Of a DNA stretch of 64,000 nt, positions 49,827-59,645 are shown piece by piece (positions within the stretch are counted from its first letter, which is position 1; every line of letters starts with the position of its first letter). The stretch is taken from IMG/VR virus record IMGVR_UViG_3300024221_000009, positions 27,387 to 91,386 of that record. One strand, written 5' to 3'. The position numbers and the translations under genes are program-made. The stretch comes from a virus. The notes below the pieces were generated by a model. That model searched no databases. It saw nothing but the letters and a program-made list of their open reading frames with translations, and was not told where the DNA came from.

Positions 49827-50012
49827 ATGAAACATCAAGCAAACTTTTACGAGACTATCGCTAGCATTACGAAAAACACTCCAAACAATATGGAGTTGGG
49901 TACTTCTATAAGATCTTTAATTAATAAAATTGAAGACTCAAAAAAGAAAGAAGCGATTAAAGACCCTAATCAAGTAACAATATTTCAAGATTTAGAAAAT
50001 TATGGATCCTAA
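49827..50012 (+). CDS. Hypothetical protein, 61 aa
   Basis: PNNMELG..IR pattern plus DPNQVTIF. Confidence 0.5.
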   Translation: MKHQANFYETIASITKNTPNNMELGTSIRSLINKIEDSKKKEAIKDPNQVTIFQDLENYGS

Positions 50013-50193
50013 AAAATTAACAGAAAATTTAACGACAGAACAGTTAAAACAAGTACAAGAGTATCAGAAACTCCACATGAGGCTTAAAATTTTAAAAGCT
50101 CAAATGGCAGAAATTCAAGATGAAACGCATGACTTAATTGAAACTCTTGATAAAATGCGTATAAAAGATAATAAAAATAAAAACAATGGCTAA
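50002..50193 (+). CDS. Hypothetical coiled-coil protein, 63 aa
   Basis: Overlaps both neighbours in operon fashion. Confidence 0.5.
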   Translation: MDPKKLTENLTTEQLKQVQEYQKLHMRLKILKAQMAEIQDETHDLIETLDKMRIKDNKNKNNG

Positions 50194-51286
50194 AAAAGAT
50201 TTTACATTCGATGATTTAAATAAAGAACTAGCGGAATTAAATCCACTAGGTTCTGTTATGGATCAATCTAATTTTAGTGAAGTTACTGAATGGATTCATA
50301 CAGGAAACTATCACCTAAATGCATGTGTTAGTGGTTCTCTATTTGGAGGATGGCCTAACAATAGATCAAGTTCAGTTGCAGGTCCTTCAGGAACTGGTAA
50401 AACATTCCTTACATTAAACTCAGTTAGAGAAGCAATTAACATGGGATATAATGTAATATACTATGATAGTGAAGCAGCTGTAGATAAAGAACAAATGATT
50501 AAATTTGGTATTGATATTACTAAAGTAAATTATCAACCAATGAATACTGTTCAAGATTTTAGAACTTCTATTACAACAATTACTCAAAAGATGCAAGAAA
50601 TCAAAAGAAAAGGTGGAGAAATACCTAAGCTTATGATTATTCTTGATTCTGCCGGTAATTTAGCAACAGCTAAAGAAATCGCAGATGCTGCATCAGGTAG
50701 TGAAAAATCAGATATGACACGTTCTAAAATTCTTAAGTCTATCTTTAGAATTATTATGACACCATTAGCTGATTTAAAGATTCCATTTATATTTACAAAC
50801 CACACATATCAATCTCAATCTTTTATTCCAATGCAAATCGCAGGAGGAGGAACAGGTCCAGAGTATGCTGCATCTATTGTATTGATGTTGAACAAAGCAC
50901 AGTTAAAAGACGGAGCAGATAAAGTAGGTATTATTGTAACTGCAAAACCTTCAAAAAATAGATTTGCAAAACCAACACCTATTAAATTTCATCTAAACTT
51001 TAGTGAAGGTATGAATCCATACGTTGGATTAGAGCAATATGCAACTTGGGATATTTGTGGAATAACAAGAGGAACTATTGAGAAAGGAAAGAAAGTTCCT
51101 AAAGCAACTGCAAGAGGCTGGATTTGTGAGCACTTAGATTATGCAGTTCCTAACAAAGAATTCTTCACAGAAAAAGTATTTACTCAAGAAGTTCTTGAAA
51201 GAATTGAAGAACATATCCAACCTATATTTAACTATAACTCAGAAGCGGCAAGTTTAGATGTAGAAGAAATGTTACAAGAGGATTAA
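50186..51286 (+). CDS. uvsX: RecA-family recombinase UvsX
   Basis: GPSGTGKT, YYDSE, ILDSAGNL, NHTY, GGTGPEY and KNRF motifs. Confidence 0.92.
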   Translation: MAKKDFTFDDLNKELAELNPLGSVMDQSNFSEVTEWIHTGNYHLNACVSGSLFGGWPNNRSSSVAGPSGTGKTFLTLNSVREAINMGYNVIYYDSEAAVDKEQMIKFGIDITKVNYQPMNTVQDFRTSITTITQKMQEIKRKGGEIPKLMIILDSAGNLATAKEIADAASGSEKSDMTRSKILKSIFRIIMTPLADLKIPFIFTNHTYQSQSFIPMQIAGGGTGPEYAASIVLMLNKAQLKDGADKVGIIVTAKPSKNRFAKPTPIKFHLNFSEGMNPYVGLEQYATWDICGITRGTIEKGKKVPKATARGWICEHLDYAVPNKEFFTEKVFTQEVLERIEEHIQPIFNYNSEAASLDVEEMLQED

Positions 51287-51597
51287 TGAAAGCTAACGTT
51301 CATAAAATATTAGAAGATAAATTGCCTATAAAATATATTTTAGGCATTCAGGATAAACTCGAAGCGTTTCCTGATGCTTTCGATATTTTATACATATTTA
51401 TTAACGAAGCGGTTAGACGTCCCGATAGACAAAAGGAAACATTCACGAAGCATGCTTTGATGAAATACCATTCTAAAGGTAATCATGAGAACGCAGAAGA
51501 AGGTCTTAAAAGAGGAATTCAATTAGGACTTTTAGAGCAAATTAAATTTGAAAAAGGAAAAGAAACTTACGAAATAAAAATAAACCCATATATATGA
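51286..51597 (+). CDS. Hypothetical protein, possible winged helix
   Basis: C-terminal LKRGIQLGLLEQ...KGKETYEI resembles a wHTH wing. Confidence 0.45.
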   Translation: MKANVHKILEDKLPIKYILGIQDKLEAFPDAFDILYIFINEAVRRPDRQKETFTKHALMKYHSKGNHENAEEGLKRGIQLGLLEQIKFEKGKETYEIKINPYI

Positions 51598-52166
51598 TAG
51601 CAGTATTTGACGATTTTATACAAGATCAAGATTTATTAAACACAATAGCAAGAGAAGGAGAATCATTTTTTGTACCTACTGGAGACTATAAATACTGGAA
51701 AGGATGGTGGTCTAAAGACGCCGTTAATACAAAACAAAGATTAGCCCAATATATTTGGGGTGATAACTTTCCGCTTAAACTAAACTTAGAGGTTGACGGT
51801 TTTGAATATTGGACTGGTCTACAAACAGCCCTTGAAGATGGTAGAAGAAATTATTTAGAAATGCATTACGATGATGATGTTCATTTAAGAGAAAAAACAG
51901 GAGAAAGAATGTTTCCAATACTAGGATGTGTATATTACCCTCCAGGATTTGATTTTAAAGGAGGAGATCTATTGGTATATACTGATGGAGAAAGCAACAC
52001 ACCTGATCGTATTAAAACAAGACCAAATAGATTAGTAATTTTTAATCCAGGTGAGGTAGCACATTGTGTTGATACTGTAACTGAAGGAGTAAGAGGAGCA
52101 ATTGCGATTAATATATGGGGACAAGAGCCGTGGTCAGTAGGTCAAGGATTTATTGGTGTAGAATAA
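51594..52166 (+). CDS. 2OG-Fe(II) oxygenase (prolyl-hydroxylase-like)
   Basis: HYD, GGDL, PNRLVIF, H-C-V and R-x-A-x-x-x-N facial triad and 2OG motifs. Confidence 0.82.
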   Translation: MIAVFDDFIQDQDLLNTIAREGESFFVPTGDYKYWKGWWSKDAVNTKQRLAQYIWGDNFPLKLNLEVDGFEYWTGLQTALEDGRRNYLEMHYDDDVHLREKTGERMFPILGCVYYPPGFDFKGGDLLVYTDGESNTPDRIKTRPNRLVIFNPGEVAHCVDTVTEGVRGAIAINIWGQEPWSVGQGFIGVE

Positions 52167-52168
52167 AA

Positions 52169-52196
52169 GAAACAAATCAGTAAATTACACTATAAC
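52169..52196 (+). promoter_or_regulatory. Middle-type promoter GAAAC-N17-TATAAC (gp41 operon)
   Basis: Same motif and spacing as the other five sites. Confidence 0.65.
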
Positions 52197-52216
52197 CTAT
52201 ATAAAAATAAACACGT

Positions 52217-53530
52217 ATGAAATTCGGCGAAAATTTTGAAAAAATATTCTTTAAATTATCACTTTCTAAACCAAAATATTTAGATAAAATACAAAAGGGA
52301 TTTTATGAATCTGATGAAATAGATATTTTACACGCTATAGCTAAGAAATTTCATAATAAATTCCACGAGTGTCCATCATTAGATCAGATGACATTACTTA
52401 TATCTGATTCTAAATTTAAAAATAGAGTTGATGTTGATTTAATAGAAATAATATACTCTGTTGATTTAGCAGAATACGACGAAGAATGGTTAACATCAAC
52501 TGCAGAATCTTGGATTAAATGGCGTAATTTTGATAATACTCTTATTGATACTATCGAATACGTTAAAACAACTGAAGTTACTCCTGAAAATGTAGACAGT
52601 ATAGTTTCTAAAGTAAAAGGACTTATAAACGATAGAAATGCTATTGTATTTAATTCTGATTTAGGATTAGATTTCTTTAATCCGGATGATCACTGGGATG
52701 AAGAAAGACAGAAAGTAAGTAGCGGTTATCACTTCTTAGATAGAGTTTTAAACGGTGGTTATGATAAAGATGGTTCTTTAGTTGTTTATGTTGGAGAACA
52801 AAATATCGGTAAATCTATATTCCTAGCGAATGATGCTGCGAGTTTTGTAAAGATGGGAGTAAATACCGCGTTTGTTTCAGCGGAAATGGCAGCTCATAAA
52901 GTAATGAAACGTATTGGAGCTAATCTTCTTACTATTGAAATGAATGATTACGATGAGAAAGCTAAAAATAGAGATCTCATGAAGCGTAAGATTGAAACAG
53001 TTGGTGATGGTTTAACTCCACCTGGTCAATTATTTGTAAGACAATTTCCAACGTCACAGGCAACAGTACCAGATATTGAAGCATATTTAAAACAAATAGA
53101 AGAAGAAAGAAAAATAAAATTAGGCTGTGTTGTTATTGATTACATTAACATCTTAGCAAATTACAGAAATCTAAATTCAGAAAACATGTACTTAAAGATT
53201 AAGCAAATCGCTGAAGATTTAAGAGCAATGGGAGTACGTAATGGATGGTTAATTGTAACAGCGACTCAGATTAATAGAAATAATTATAATTCCAGTGATA
53301 TTGGAATGGGAGACGTTGCAGAATCTGCAGGTCTTTCACACACTGCTGATATGATGCTTGGTATTATCCAAGACGATTTAATGCGAGCAAGCCAAGAATA
53401 TTGGCTTAAAATCCTGAAAATCAGGGACGGTGAAGGTAAAGGAACTAAATGTAAACTTCATATTAATTATGGTTATATGAGACTTACTGAAACCGACGAG
53501 GTAACTAATTCAAACATACACAGTTTATAA
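52217..53530 (+). CDS. Replicative DnaB-like helicase (T4 gp41-like)
   Basis: GEQNIGKS, SAEM, IDYINI, AEDLR, TATQINR, AESAGL and KIRDG motifs. Confidence 0.92.
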   Translation: MKFGENFEKIFFKLSLSKPKYLDKIQKGFYESDEIDILHAIAKKFHNKFHECPSLDQMTLLISDSKFKNRVDVDLIEIIYSVDLAEYDEEWLTSTAESWIKWRNFDNTLIDTIEYVKTTEVTPENVDSIVSKVKGLINDRNAIVFNSDLGLDFFNPDDHWDEERQKVSSGYHFLDRVLNGGYDKDGSLVVYVGEQNIGKSIFLANDAASFVKMGVNTAFVSAEMAAHKVMKRIGANLLTIEMNDYDEKAKNRDLMKRKIETVGDGLTPPGQLFVRQFPTSQATVPDIEAYLKQIEEERKIKLGCVVIDYINILANYRNLNSENMYLKIKQIAEDLRAMGVRNGWLIVTATQINRNNYNSSDIGMGDVAESAGLSHTADMMLGIIQDDLMRASQEYWLKILKIRDGEGKGTKCKLHINYGYMRLTETDEVTNSNIHSL

Positions 53531-53976
53531 TGGGAAGAACTAAAAGAGATAAAATATTCGACAATACGTTTGAAGAAACGGAATATGAATTTGACACTTC
53601 AATGACTTTTAATCTAGCACCACACATGGTAGATAATAGATCAGAGGAAGATAAAATTGAAACTAGAATTATTGCCGATACTATTCATGAGTTAATAATC
53701 AAATCTAGATTTAAACACTTTAACAATATTGATGAATTTCAACAAACAGTTAAATTAAAAAAGATAGACATCAACGAAGTATATGGATATATTAGTGATG
53801 AAACAAGAGATACACACTCTTTAATAGAGGTTTTCTCAGAGCTATGCGATTATTTTAACATTAATCCTAATAGATTTTACCAATCTCTTGGTAATAAATT
53901 TAAAGAAGAACTAATTGAACAATTAGACGAAAGAACTAATATTTTACAAAGAAAAAACATAAATAGATTATTCTAA
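53530..53976 (+). CDS. Possible late-transcription co-activator (gp33-like)
   Basis: C-terminal half LIEVFSELCDYFNI...LGNKFKEELIE...NIL...NRLF resembles the gp33 helical pattern with a clamp-type tail. Confidence 0.4.
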   Translation: MGRTKRDKIFDNTFEETEYEFDTSMTFNLAPHMVDNRSEEDKIETRIIADTIHELIIKSRFKHFNNIDEFQQTVKLKKIDINEVYGYISDETRDTHSLIEVFSELCDYFNINPNRFYQSLGNKFKEELIEQLDERTNILQRKNINRLF

Positions 53977-53977
53977 T

Positions 53978-55093
53978 ATGATTGACCCTAAAATCTTAAA
54001 CAAACCCGTTAAAAGGATTTGGATATTAGGAGATATGCACTTAGGTGTTCGCTCTAATTCTATGGAGTGGCTCGATATTCAAAAAGACTTTTATGAAAAT
54101 GTATTTATACCTACTTTAAAAGAAAATGTAAAGGAAGGAGATATATTAGTTCAAGTTGGAGACGCGTTTGACAATCGTCAAAGTATAAATTTAAAGGTAT
54201 TAAATTATGCTGTTGATTTTTTTGAAAGAGTTGGAGAAATTCTACCAACCCATGTGATATGTGGAAATCATGATATATGGGCAAAGAAGAGCAATGAAGT
54301 AACTTCAATTGATAGTTTAAAATGGATTCCAAATGTAGCAATATATAAAGAACCTAAAGAGTTTAAATGGGCTAATAAAAAAGTTTTATTAATGCCATGG
54401 AGAAGAGACACAGAACATGAAGTAGAAACTCTAGCAAAATATCCACATACAAATATAGTTTTTTGTCACTCTGAAGTTAGAGGTATTAAATTAAATTCTA
54501 AAGTAACAAATCATCACGGAGTTGAAGCAAATTCTTATGATAATTATGAAGCGGTTTTTTCAGGTCATATACACTATAGACAACGTAAAGGTAAATTAAG
54601 AATGGTTGGCGTTCCATATCAATTAACTAGATCTGATGCAAACAACGAAAAAGGATTTGACCTCGTTGATTTAAGTGACATGAGCGAGACTTTCTTTGAA
54701 AATACTAGATCACCTAAATTTATTAAGAAGTATCTTACAAGTCTATATAATGTACCTTTAGGTGAATTTAAAAATGAGATTGAAAATAATTTTGTAGATC
54801 TATTTGTTCCATCTTATATCGCAGCATCTAATTCTTTATCTAAATTAATTAATAAAATACAAGAAGGTGCTCGTAAAATAGAACCAAACATATATGAACA
54901 AGATACGTTTATAGATAAAGACATGTATGACATGGATGAGATCGAAGATATGTATAAAAATTACAACATTTTACATTTGTGTAATATGTATATCGACGGA
55001 ATGACTCATGATGATGAAACAAAATTACAGATCAAAGATAGAATAAAGAAGCTGCATGATTTATGTGCGTATAATTACGATAACGACAAATGA
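53978..55093 (+). CDS. Mre11/SbcD-like nuclease (gp47)
   Basis: GDMHLG, GDAFD, GNHD, HSE and GHIH motifs. Confidence 0.92.
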   Translation: MIDPKILNKPVKRIWILGDMHLGVRSNSMEWLDIQKDFYENVFIPTLKENVKEGDILVQVGDAFDNRQSINLKVLNYAVDFFERVGEILPTHVICGNHDIWAKKSNEVTSIDSLKWIPNVAIYKEPKEFKWANKKVLLMPWRRDTEHEVETLAKYPHTNIVFCHSEVRGIKLNSKVTNHHGVEANSYDNYEAVFSGHIHYRQRKGKLRMVGVPYQLTRSDANNEKGFDLVDLSDMSETFFENTRSPKFIKKYLTSLYNVPLGEFKNEIENNFVDLFVPSYIAASNSLSKLINKIQEGARKIEPNIYEQDTFIDKDMYDMDEIEDMYKNYNILHLCNMYIDGMTHDDETKLQIKDRIKKLHDLCAYNYDNDK

Positions 55094-56763
55094 GAATCCA
55101 ATCTATAGAATTTAAGAATTTTGCAAGTTATGGAAATTCAATTCAACGTTTAGAATTTGAAGATGAATCTTCAGAGTTATTTTTAACACTAGGTAAAAAT
55201 GGCCACGGTAAAACTACTATTGCGAATGCGATTGTTTTTGCGTTATATGGTAAAGTCGAAGGAGTTAAAATGGCAGATCTGCCAAATAGAATTAATAAAG
55301 AACTTTGGGTAAAGGTTAATTTATTATGTGGAACTAATGAAGTTTCAATAGAAAGAGGATTAGCTCCTAATAAATTTGAAGTTAAATTAAATGGAGTTGA
55401 ATTTGATAAAGCTGGTAAAAGATCAGTTCAAGAATATTTAGAAGAAGAAATATTTGGAATTCCATACCATGTATTTAAAAATATTATCATATTGTCAGTT
55501 AATGATTTTAAATCTTTTTTAACAATGACAAATAATGATAAAAAGCAAATCATAGATAGAATGTTTGGATTTTCTATTCTTAATGATATGCAACGTCAAA
55601 TCAAAGAACAGCGTAAAAGTTTAAAAGTTGAATTAGATGTTTATGATAGAGAATTAAAACAATTAACTGAAAATATTACTTCAGTTAATATGAAACTTAA
55701 TGAAATGCTAGCTGAATCTAATAAAAAAGATAAAGCTAAAATTCAAGAATTAAAAAATACTCTAAAAAAATATGGAGATAATAAAGATAAATTAGTTGAT
55801 GCACAAACTAAAATATCAAACTCTATTAAGGATTTAAATTTAGTAAATCAAAGCGCTACTCAAGATAAATCAGATCTTGAATATGAATTAAAAGAACTTA
55901 AAAAGAAATTAAGCCTTTATGAAAGTAATTCATGTCCAACTTGTACGGCTCCTTTAACTTCTGATTTTCATGAAGATAGAAAAAAAGAATTAGAAGCTTT
56001 AATATCAGATTTACCTAATAAAATTGCAGATGCCAATAAAGATGTTTTAGATATTAAAGATAAAATATTTTTAATGAATCAAAAAAACGATCAGGTTCGA
56101 GAAAAAGTTGCTTCAATAAATACAAATATATTAAATCTCAAAAAAGAGTTAATTACTATTAAAGATTCTATTGACAGTGAGGGTAATTTTCCACACATGA
56201 AAGAATTAATTAAAGGGTTTGAATCTCAAGAATCTGAAAAAACAACATCACAGTCTAAAGTTAATAGTGATTATTATTTTTTAGAAAATATAGAAGAAAT
56301 ATTAGGTGAAGATGGTGTAAAAAACTTGGCAATTCAAACAATATTACCAGGGCTAAATACAAACATAGCGGCAATGGCCCAAACAATGCACCTTCCGTTT
56401 CATATTAGATTCAACGATAAGTTTGATTGTATTATAAATCACTTAGGAGAAGACATCAACCCACTAACATTATCGACAGGCGAGCGTAAAAAAGCAGACT
56501 TTATTGTTATTATTGCAATCATTAAAATATTAAAATTAAGATTTCCACAATTAAATCTGTTATTCTTAGATGAATTATTAAGTTCAGTAGATGCAGATGG
56601 GGTTCATAATATTCTTAAAATATTAAGTCAAGTAATCAAAGAGAGCAAGATTAATACATTTGTAATTAATCACTCAGTTCTTCCACATGAATTATTTGAT
56701 AAAAAAATACAAATATATAGAGAAAATGGCTTCTCTAAATTTGAGATAGAAGCTATAGAATAA
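55090..56763 (+). CDS. Rad50/SbcC-like ATPase (gp46)
   Basis: FKNFASYG, GKNGHGKTT, CPTC hook, LSTGE and LDE motifs. Confidence 0.92.
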   Translation: MRIQSIEFKNFASYGNSIQRLEFEDESSELFLTLGKNGHGKTTIANAIVFALYGKVEGVKMADLPNRINKELWVKVNLLCGTNEVSIERGLAPNKFEVKLNGVEFDKAGKRSVQEYLEEEIFGIPYHVFKNIIILSVNDFKSFLTMTNNDKKQIIDRMFGFSILNDMQRQIKEQRKSLKVELDVYDRELKQLTENITSVNMKLNEMLAESNKKDKAKIQELKNTLKKYGDNKDKLVDAQTKISNSIKDLNLVNQSATQDKSDLEYELKELKKKLSLYESNSCPTCTAPLTSDFHEDRKKELEALISDLPNKIADANKDVLDIKDKIFLMNQKNDQVREKVASINTNILNLKKELITIKDSIDSEGNFPHMKELIKGFESQESEKTTSQSKVNSDYYFLENIEEILGEDGVKNLAIQTILPGLNTNIAAMAQTMHLPFHIRFNDKFDCIINHLGEDINPLTLSTGERKKADFIVIIAIIKILKLRFPQLNLLFLDELLSSVDADGVHNILKILSQVIKESKINTFVINHSVLPHELFDKKIQIYRENGFSKFEIEAIE

Positions 56764-56771
56764 AAATTAAT

Positions 56772-57899
56772 ATGGCTTCATACAATTTAAAATACAATTC
56801 AGACGACAGTGTCGTTAGACATTTAATCATAGGCTTATTAGCAGACTTAAATAATAAGCTATATTTCTACAGACAAGTAGATTCAAATACCCGTAAGGCA
56901 ATTGATGTTCCTTTTTATTATTCAATAACAGGGGATGATCAATTTTTAAGAGATAATTTTTTATTTTCTACAGCGTCTGGACCTGATTGTCACCCTGATG
57001 TAGGGTTTGCCGATGGTAATTATGATGTTGTTCCAAGAGGAGTTGCAAGAGTAACGGGAATGGCTATTGATTCAGGCAGTTTAGTAAATAAACGTAATGT
57101 TGGAAGCTATACTAAAATGAATAGCGAAGGCGCTATGGAAGGTTATCAATCTGAATTTGAAATGATTCCTATAGAGCTTTCATTTGATATTGAGATTTTA
57201 GTTAGCTCTACATTAGATGCTTTTAAAATAACTGAAATGATGGTTAAGACTTTATATAAGTCTAATACCTTTAATGTTGAGGTTGGTCATTTAGACGAGG
57301 CAACATATAGATTAAATTCATATTATGCAATTCCTGAAGATTTTGAAATACAAAATCCAATTGATTTTACTTTTGATGATAAAGATAAATATAAAATAAC
57401 ATTTCCAATCGTAGTAAATTCATTTATACCTGCTTTTGAATTTGATTCAGAAACGCATGTTGGTAATAGAATGTTTGAAATTGTATCTTCGGTAGTTTCA
57501 AAAGGAAGTTTAGAAGATGAAACAATAGCAACAAACAGAGGAGATACTACAATGGTTATAGATTCTACATTAACATCTAAGCCATCTCAAAATAATAGCA
57601 ATTTTGCAGCAGACACTTCGTTTAACGCAAGTGATAGATACATTCCAAACGCTGGAAGTTCTAATTCAACACCATTGATTATTGACGCAAATCAACAACA
57701 ATCACCGCTTGTTCTTTCCCCTGGAACAATAGGACAAGAATCGGTTATTATAGCAGCAAACGGTACTATTCAAATAGATACTTCTAATTTTGAAGGACCT
57801 CAGTCAATTGAGATTTTAGCAGGAGGAGCAATAAGTATTAAATATTATCAAGACTCTTGGTATGTTGTAGGGCATTCTAATAGTAATGTCACTTATTAA
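56772..57899 (+). CDS. Tail sheath terminator (gp15-like) with an appended beta domain
   Basis: IDVPFYY, VPRG and PIELSFDI pattern of the gp15 family. AATATATA at 56712. Extra C-terminal domain. Confidence 0.6.
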   Translation: MASYNLKYNSDDSVVRHLIIGLLADLNNKLYFYRQVDSNTRKAIDVPFYYSITGDDQFLRDNFLFSTASGPDCHPDVGFADGNYDVVPRGVARVTGMAIDSGSLVNKRNVGSYTKMNSEGAMEGYQSEFEMIPIELSFDIEILVSSTLDAFKITEMMVKTLYKSNTFNVEVGHLDEATYRLNSYYAIPEDFEIQNPIDFTFDDKDKYKITFPIVVNSFIPAFEFDSETHVGNRMFEIVSSVVSKGSLEDETIATNRGDTTMVIDSTLTSKPSQNNSNFAADTSFNASDRYIPNAGSSNSTPLIIDANQQQSPLVLSPGTIGQESVIIAANGTIQIDTSNFEGPQSIEILAGGAISIKYYQDSWYVVGHSNSNVTY

Positions 57900-57913
57900 A
57901 AAACAAACAAGCG

Positions 57914-58669
57914 ATGAAAACAAATATATTATCTCCATTTTTTAAAGACAAAAATTCTTCAACATTTTATATTAATGGTAGAACTTTTGAATTAAATAAT
58001 AATATTCTAACAGAAACTGAACACATAAGTAATACTTTAAAAAATGCGATTAATGCATTTGAGTCGTTTGAATTTTTAACTAATAAAATAAACTGGTATA
58101 ATGGATCTTCTCAATTTGAATATCTGATTAAAGAAAACATCTTTAAGGTCAATGGAATTGAAATAAATGGTTCTTTCACAAACCACGTTCTACAAGCAGG
58201 TTTAGTAAGGTATAATAATAAGAATAAATCTGATTTATTTGAATCTTTACCAAATTTAATTGAAAACTTTATAGTTTTAGATTTTGTAGCTTCATTTAAT
58301 AATAAAAATATAAATGTTGATTTATTTAAAATAAACGAAAGTGTATATGTTTCTAGATTTAATTCAGAAACAAAAATTGCAAGATTTTTTAAAGCAGATT
58401 CTGCAAATACAGCACTTAATATAGTCTCTGAAGAAACTAAATTAGACGCATCTTCTTTTTTATTAGATTTATTAGAAGGAGAATCTAAAACAATAGCAGA
58501 CATAAACGCAAAAATAGAATCATACGAAGATATAGTATCATTTTTAAAAGATCAAAGAGGTTTATTAGCAGAGGCTGATAAATCAATTTCTGAAATAAAA
58601 GCAGCTGATATACTTATTACAAAAGAAATATTAGATTGGAAAAATAAAATTGCAGAGTTAAAGAAGTAA
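57914..58669 (+). CDS. Hypothetical protein, 251 aa
   Basis: N/F-rich ORF with a C-terminal coiled coil, followed by a terminator. Confidence 0.55.
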   Translation: MKTNILSPFFKDKNSSTFYINGRTFELNNNILTETEHISNTLKNAINAFESFEFLTNKINWYNGSSQFEYLIKENIFKVNGIEINGSFTNHVLQAGLVRYNNKNKSDLFESLPNLIENFIVLDFVASFNNKNINVDLFKINESVYVSRFNSETKIARFFKADSANTALNIVSEETKLDASSFLLDLLEGESKTIADINAKIESYEDIVSFLKDQRGLLAEADKSISEIKAADILITKEILDWKNKIAELKK

Positions 58670-58694
58670 TTAAGAATTACATATTACTCTAATT

Positions 58695-58719
58695 AAGGGA
58701 ACGAAAGTTCCCTTTTTTT
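58695..58719 (+). terminator. Intrinsic terminator
   Basis: AAGGGAAC-GAAA-GTTCCCTT plus a T tract. Confidence 0.85.
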
Positions 58720-58724
58720 ATTAA

Positions 58725-58752
58725 TAAACAAATTGCATTTTTACTGTATAAC
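58725..58752 (+). promoter_or_regulatory. Middle-type promoter TAAAC-N17-TATAAC (gp55 operon)
   Basis: Same motif and spacing as the other five sites. Confidence 0.65.
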
Positions 58753-58777
58753 CTTTAAATAAATTAAATTATAAACA

Positions 58778-59155
58778 GTGCCACGTAAAAAGAACTACCT
58801 TAACAATAAAGATTTTCATGCAGAAATGAGTCTTTCAAAAGAACAAGACACACTTACTCCAACAGCAGAGAAGATGTTACTTCTACTTGCTGAAAAGGCA
58901 ATAAATAAGATGCGATATGTTAACGAAGATGATAGACATGACTGTCTTCAATTTGCTATTTTAGACCTTCTTAAATATTGGAGAAACTTTAACCCTAAAT
59001 ATCCTAATGCATTTGCGTATTTTACAGAAATTGCAAAAAGAGGATACGCTAAAGGATGGAATAAAATTCATCCACAAAAATATAAAGGAACTATATCAAT
59101 TGATGGATATGGATCTGATAAAGGAGGAGAACAGTCTGGAATCTATACAATATAA
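58778..59155 (+). CDS. Late-transcription sigma factor (gp55-like), GTG start
   Basis: NYLNNKDF and NFNPKYPNAFAYFTEI match the gp55 pattern. Confidence 0.8.
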   Translation: MPRKKNYLNNKDFHAEMSLSKEQDTLTPTAEKMLLLLAEKAINKMRYVNEDDRHDCLQFAILDLLKYWRNFNPKYPNAFAYFTEIAKRGYAKGWNKIHPQKYKGTISIDGYGSDKGGEQSGIYTI

Positions 59156-59156
59156 C

Positions 59157-59645
59157 ATGTCAATAAAGAATGTTAAACCAACTAAAAACTCAGGATTTAA
59201 TCAAGGTTATTTTATCCCTAACTTTCCTGAGAAATATATCGGACCAACTCCGATTATATACAGAAGCTCATGGGAGCGCAAATTCTGTATTTGGTGTGAC
59301 ATGAATGATAAAGTATTAAATTGGTCAAGTGAGCCTGTTGAAATTAAATATTGGTCGAGACAAGATAATAAGGCACGTAAATATTATCCTGATTTTTATT
59401 TTAAACAAAAACAACAGGATAATTCTAATAAAGAATATTTAGTTGAAATTAAACCAAAGGCACAAATTCAAAAACCAGAACCTCCTAAGAAAAATTCAAA
59501 AAAAGCTATAAAATCTTATAAATTTCTGGCAGAGCAGTATGTTAAAAACATGGATAAATACAATGCTGCTAAAGAATATTGTGAAGGTCGTAACTGGAAC
59601 TTTATAGTATTAACAGAAGACACTATATTAAATGGGCTACGTTAA
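59157..59645 (+). CDS. Head completion nuclease (gp4, TnsA-like)
   Basis: QGYF.P..PEKY, YRSSWE, WSSE, YYPDF, VEIKP and F..LTE. The likely start is ATG 59157 rather than 59007. Confidence 0.88.
   Translation: MSIKNVKPTKNSGFNQGYFIPNFPEKYIGPTPIIYRSSWERKFCIWCDMNDKVLNWSSEPVEIKYWSRQDNKARKYYPDFYFKQKQQDNSNKEYLVEIKPKAQIQKPEPPKKNSKKAIKSYKFLAEQYVKNMDKYNAAKEYCEGRNWNFIVLTEDTILNGLR

Noticed and set aside
51594-52166. TET/JBP-type DNA base oxidase supplying hmC to BGT
   Set aside because: The motifs look like the common prolyl-hydroxylase-like phage 2OG family. It is not adjacent to bgt or a methyltransferase, and gp56 points to pre-replicative substitution.
59007-59156. Extended N-terminus of gp4 (similarly 39145-39216 and 35481-35522)
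   Set aside because: These extensions overlap upstream genes. Downstream ATGs at 59157, 39217 and 35523 fit gene packing and family starts better.
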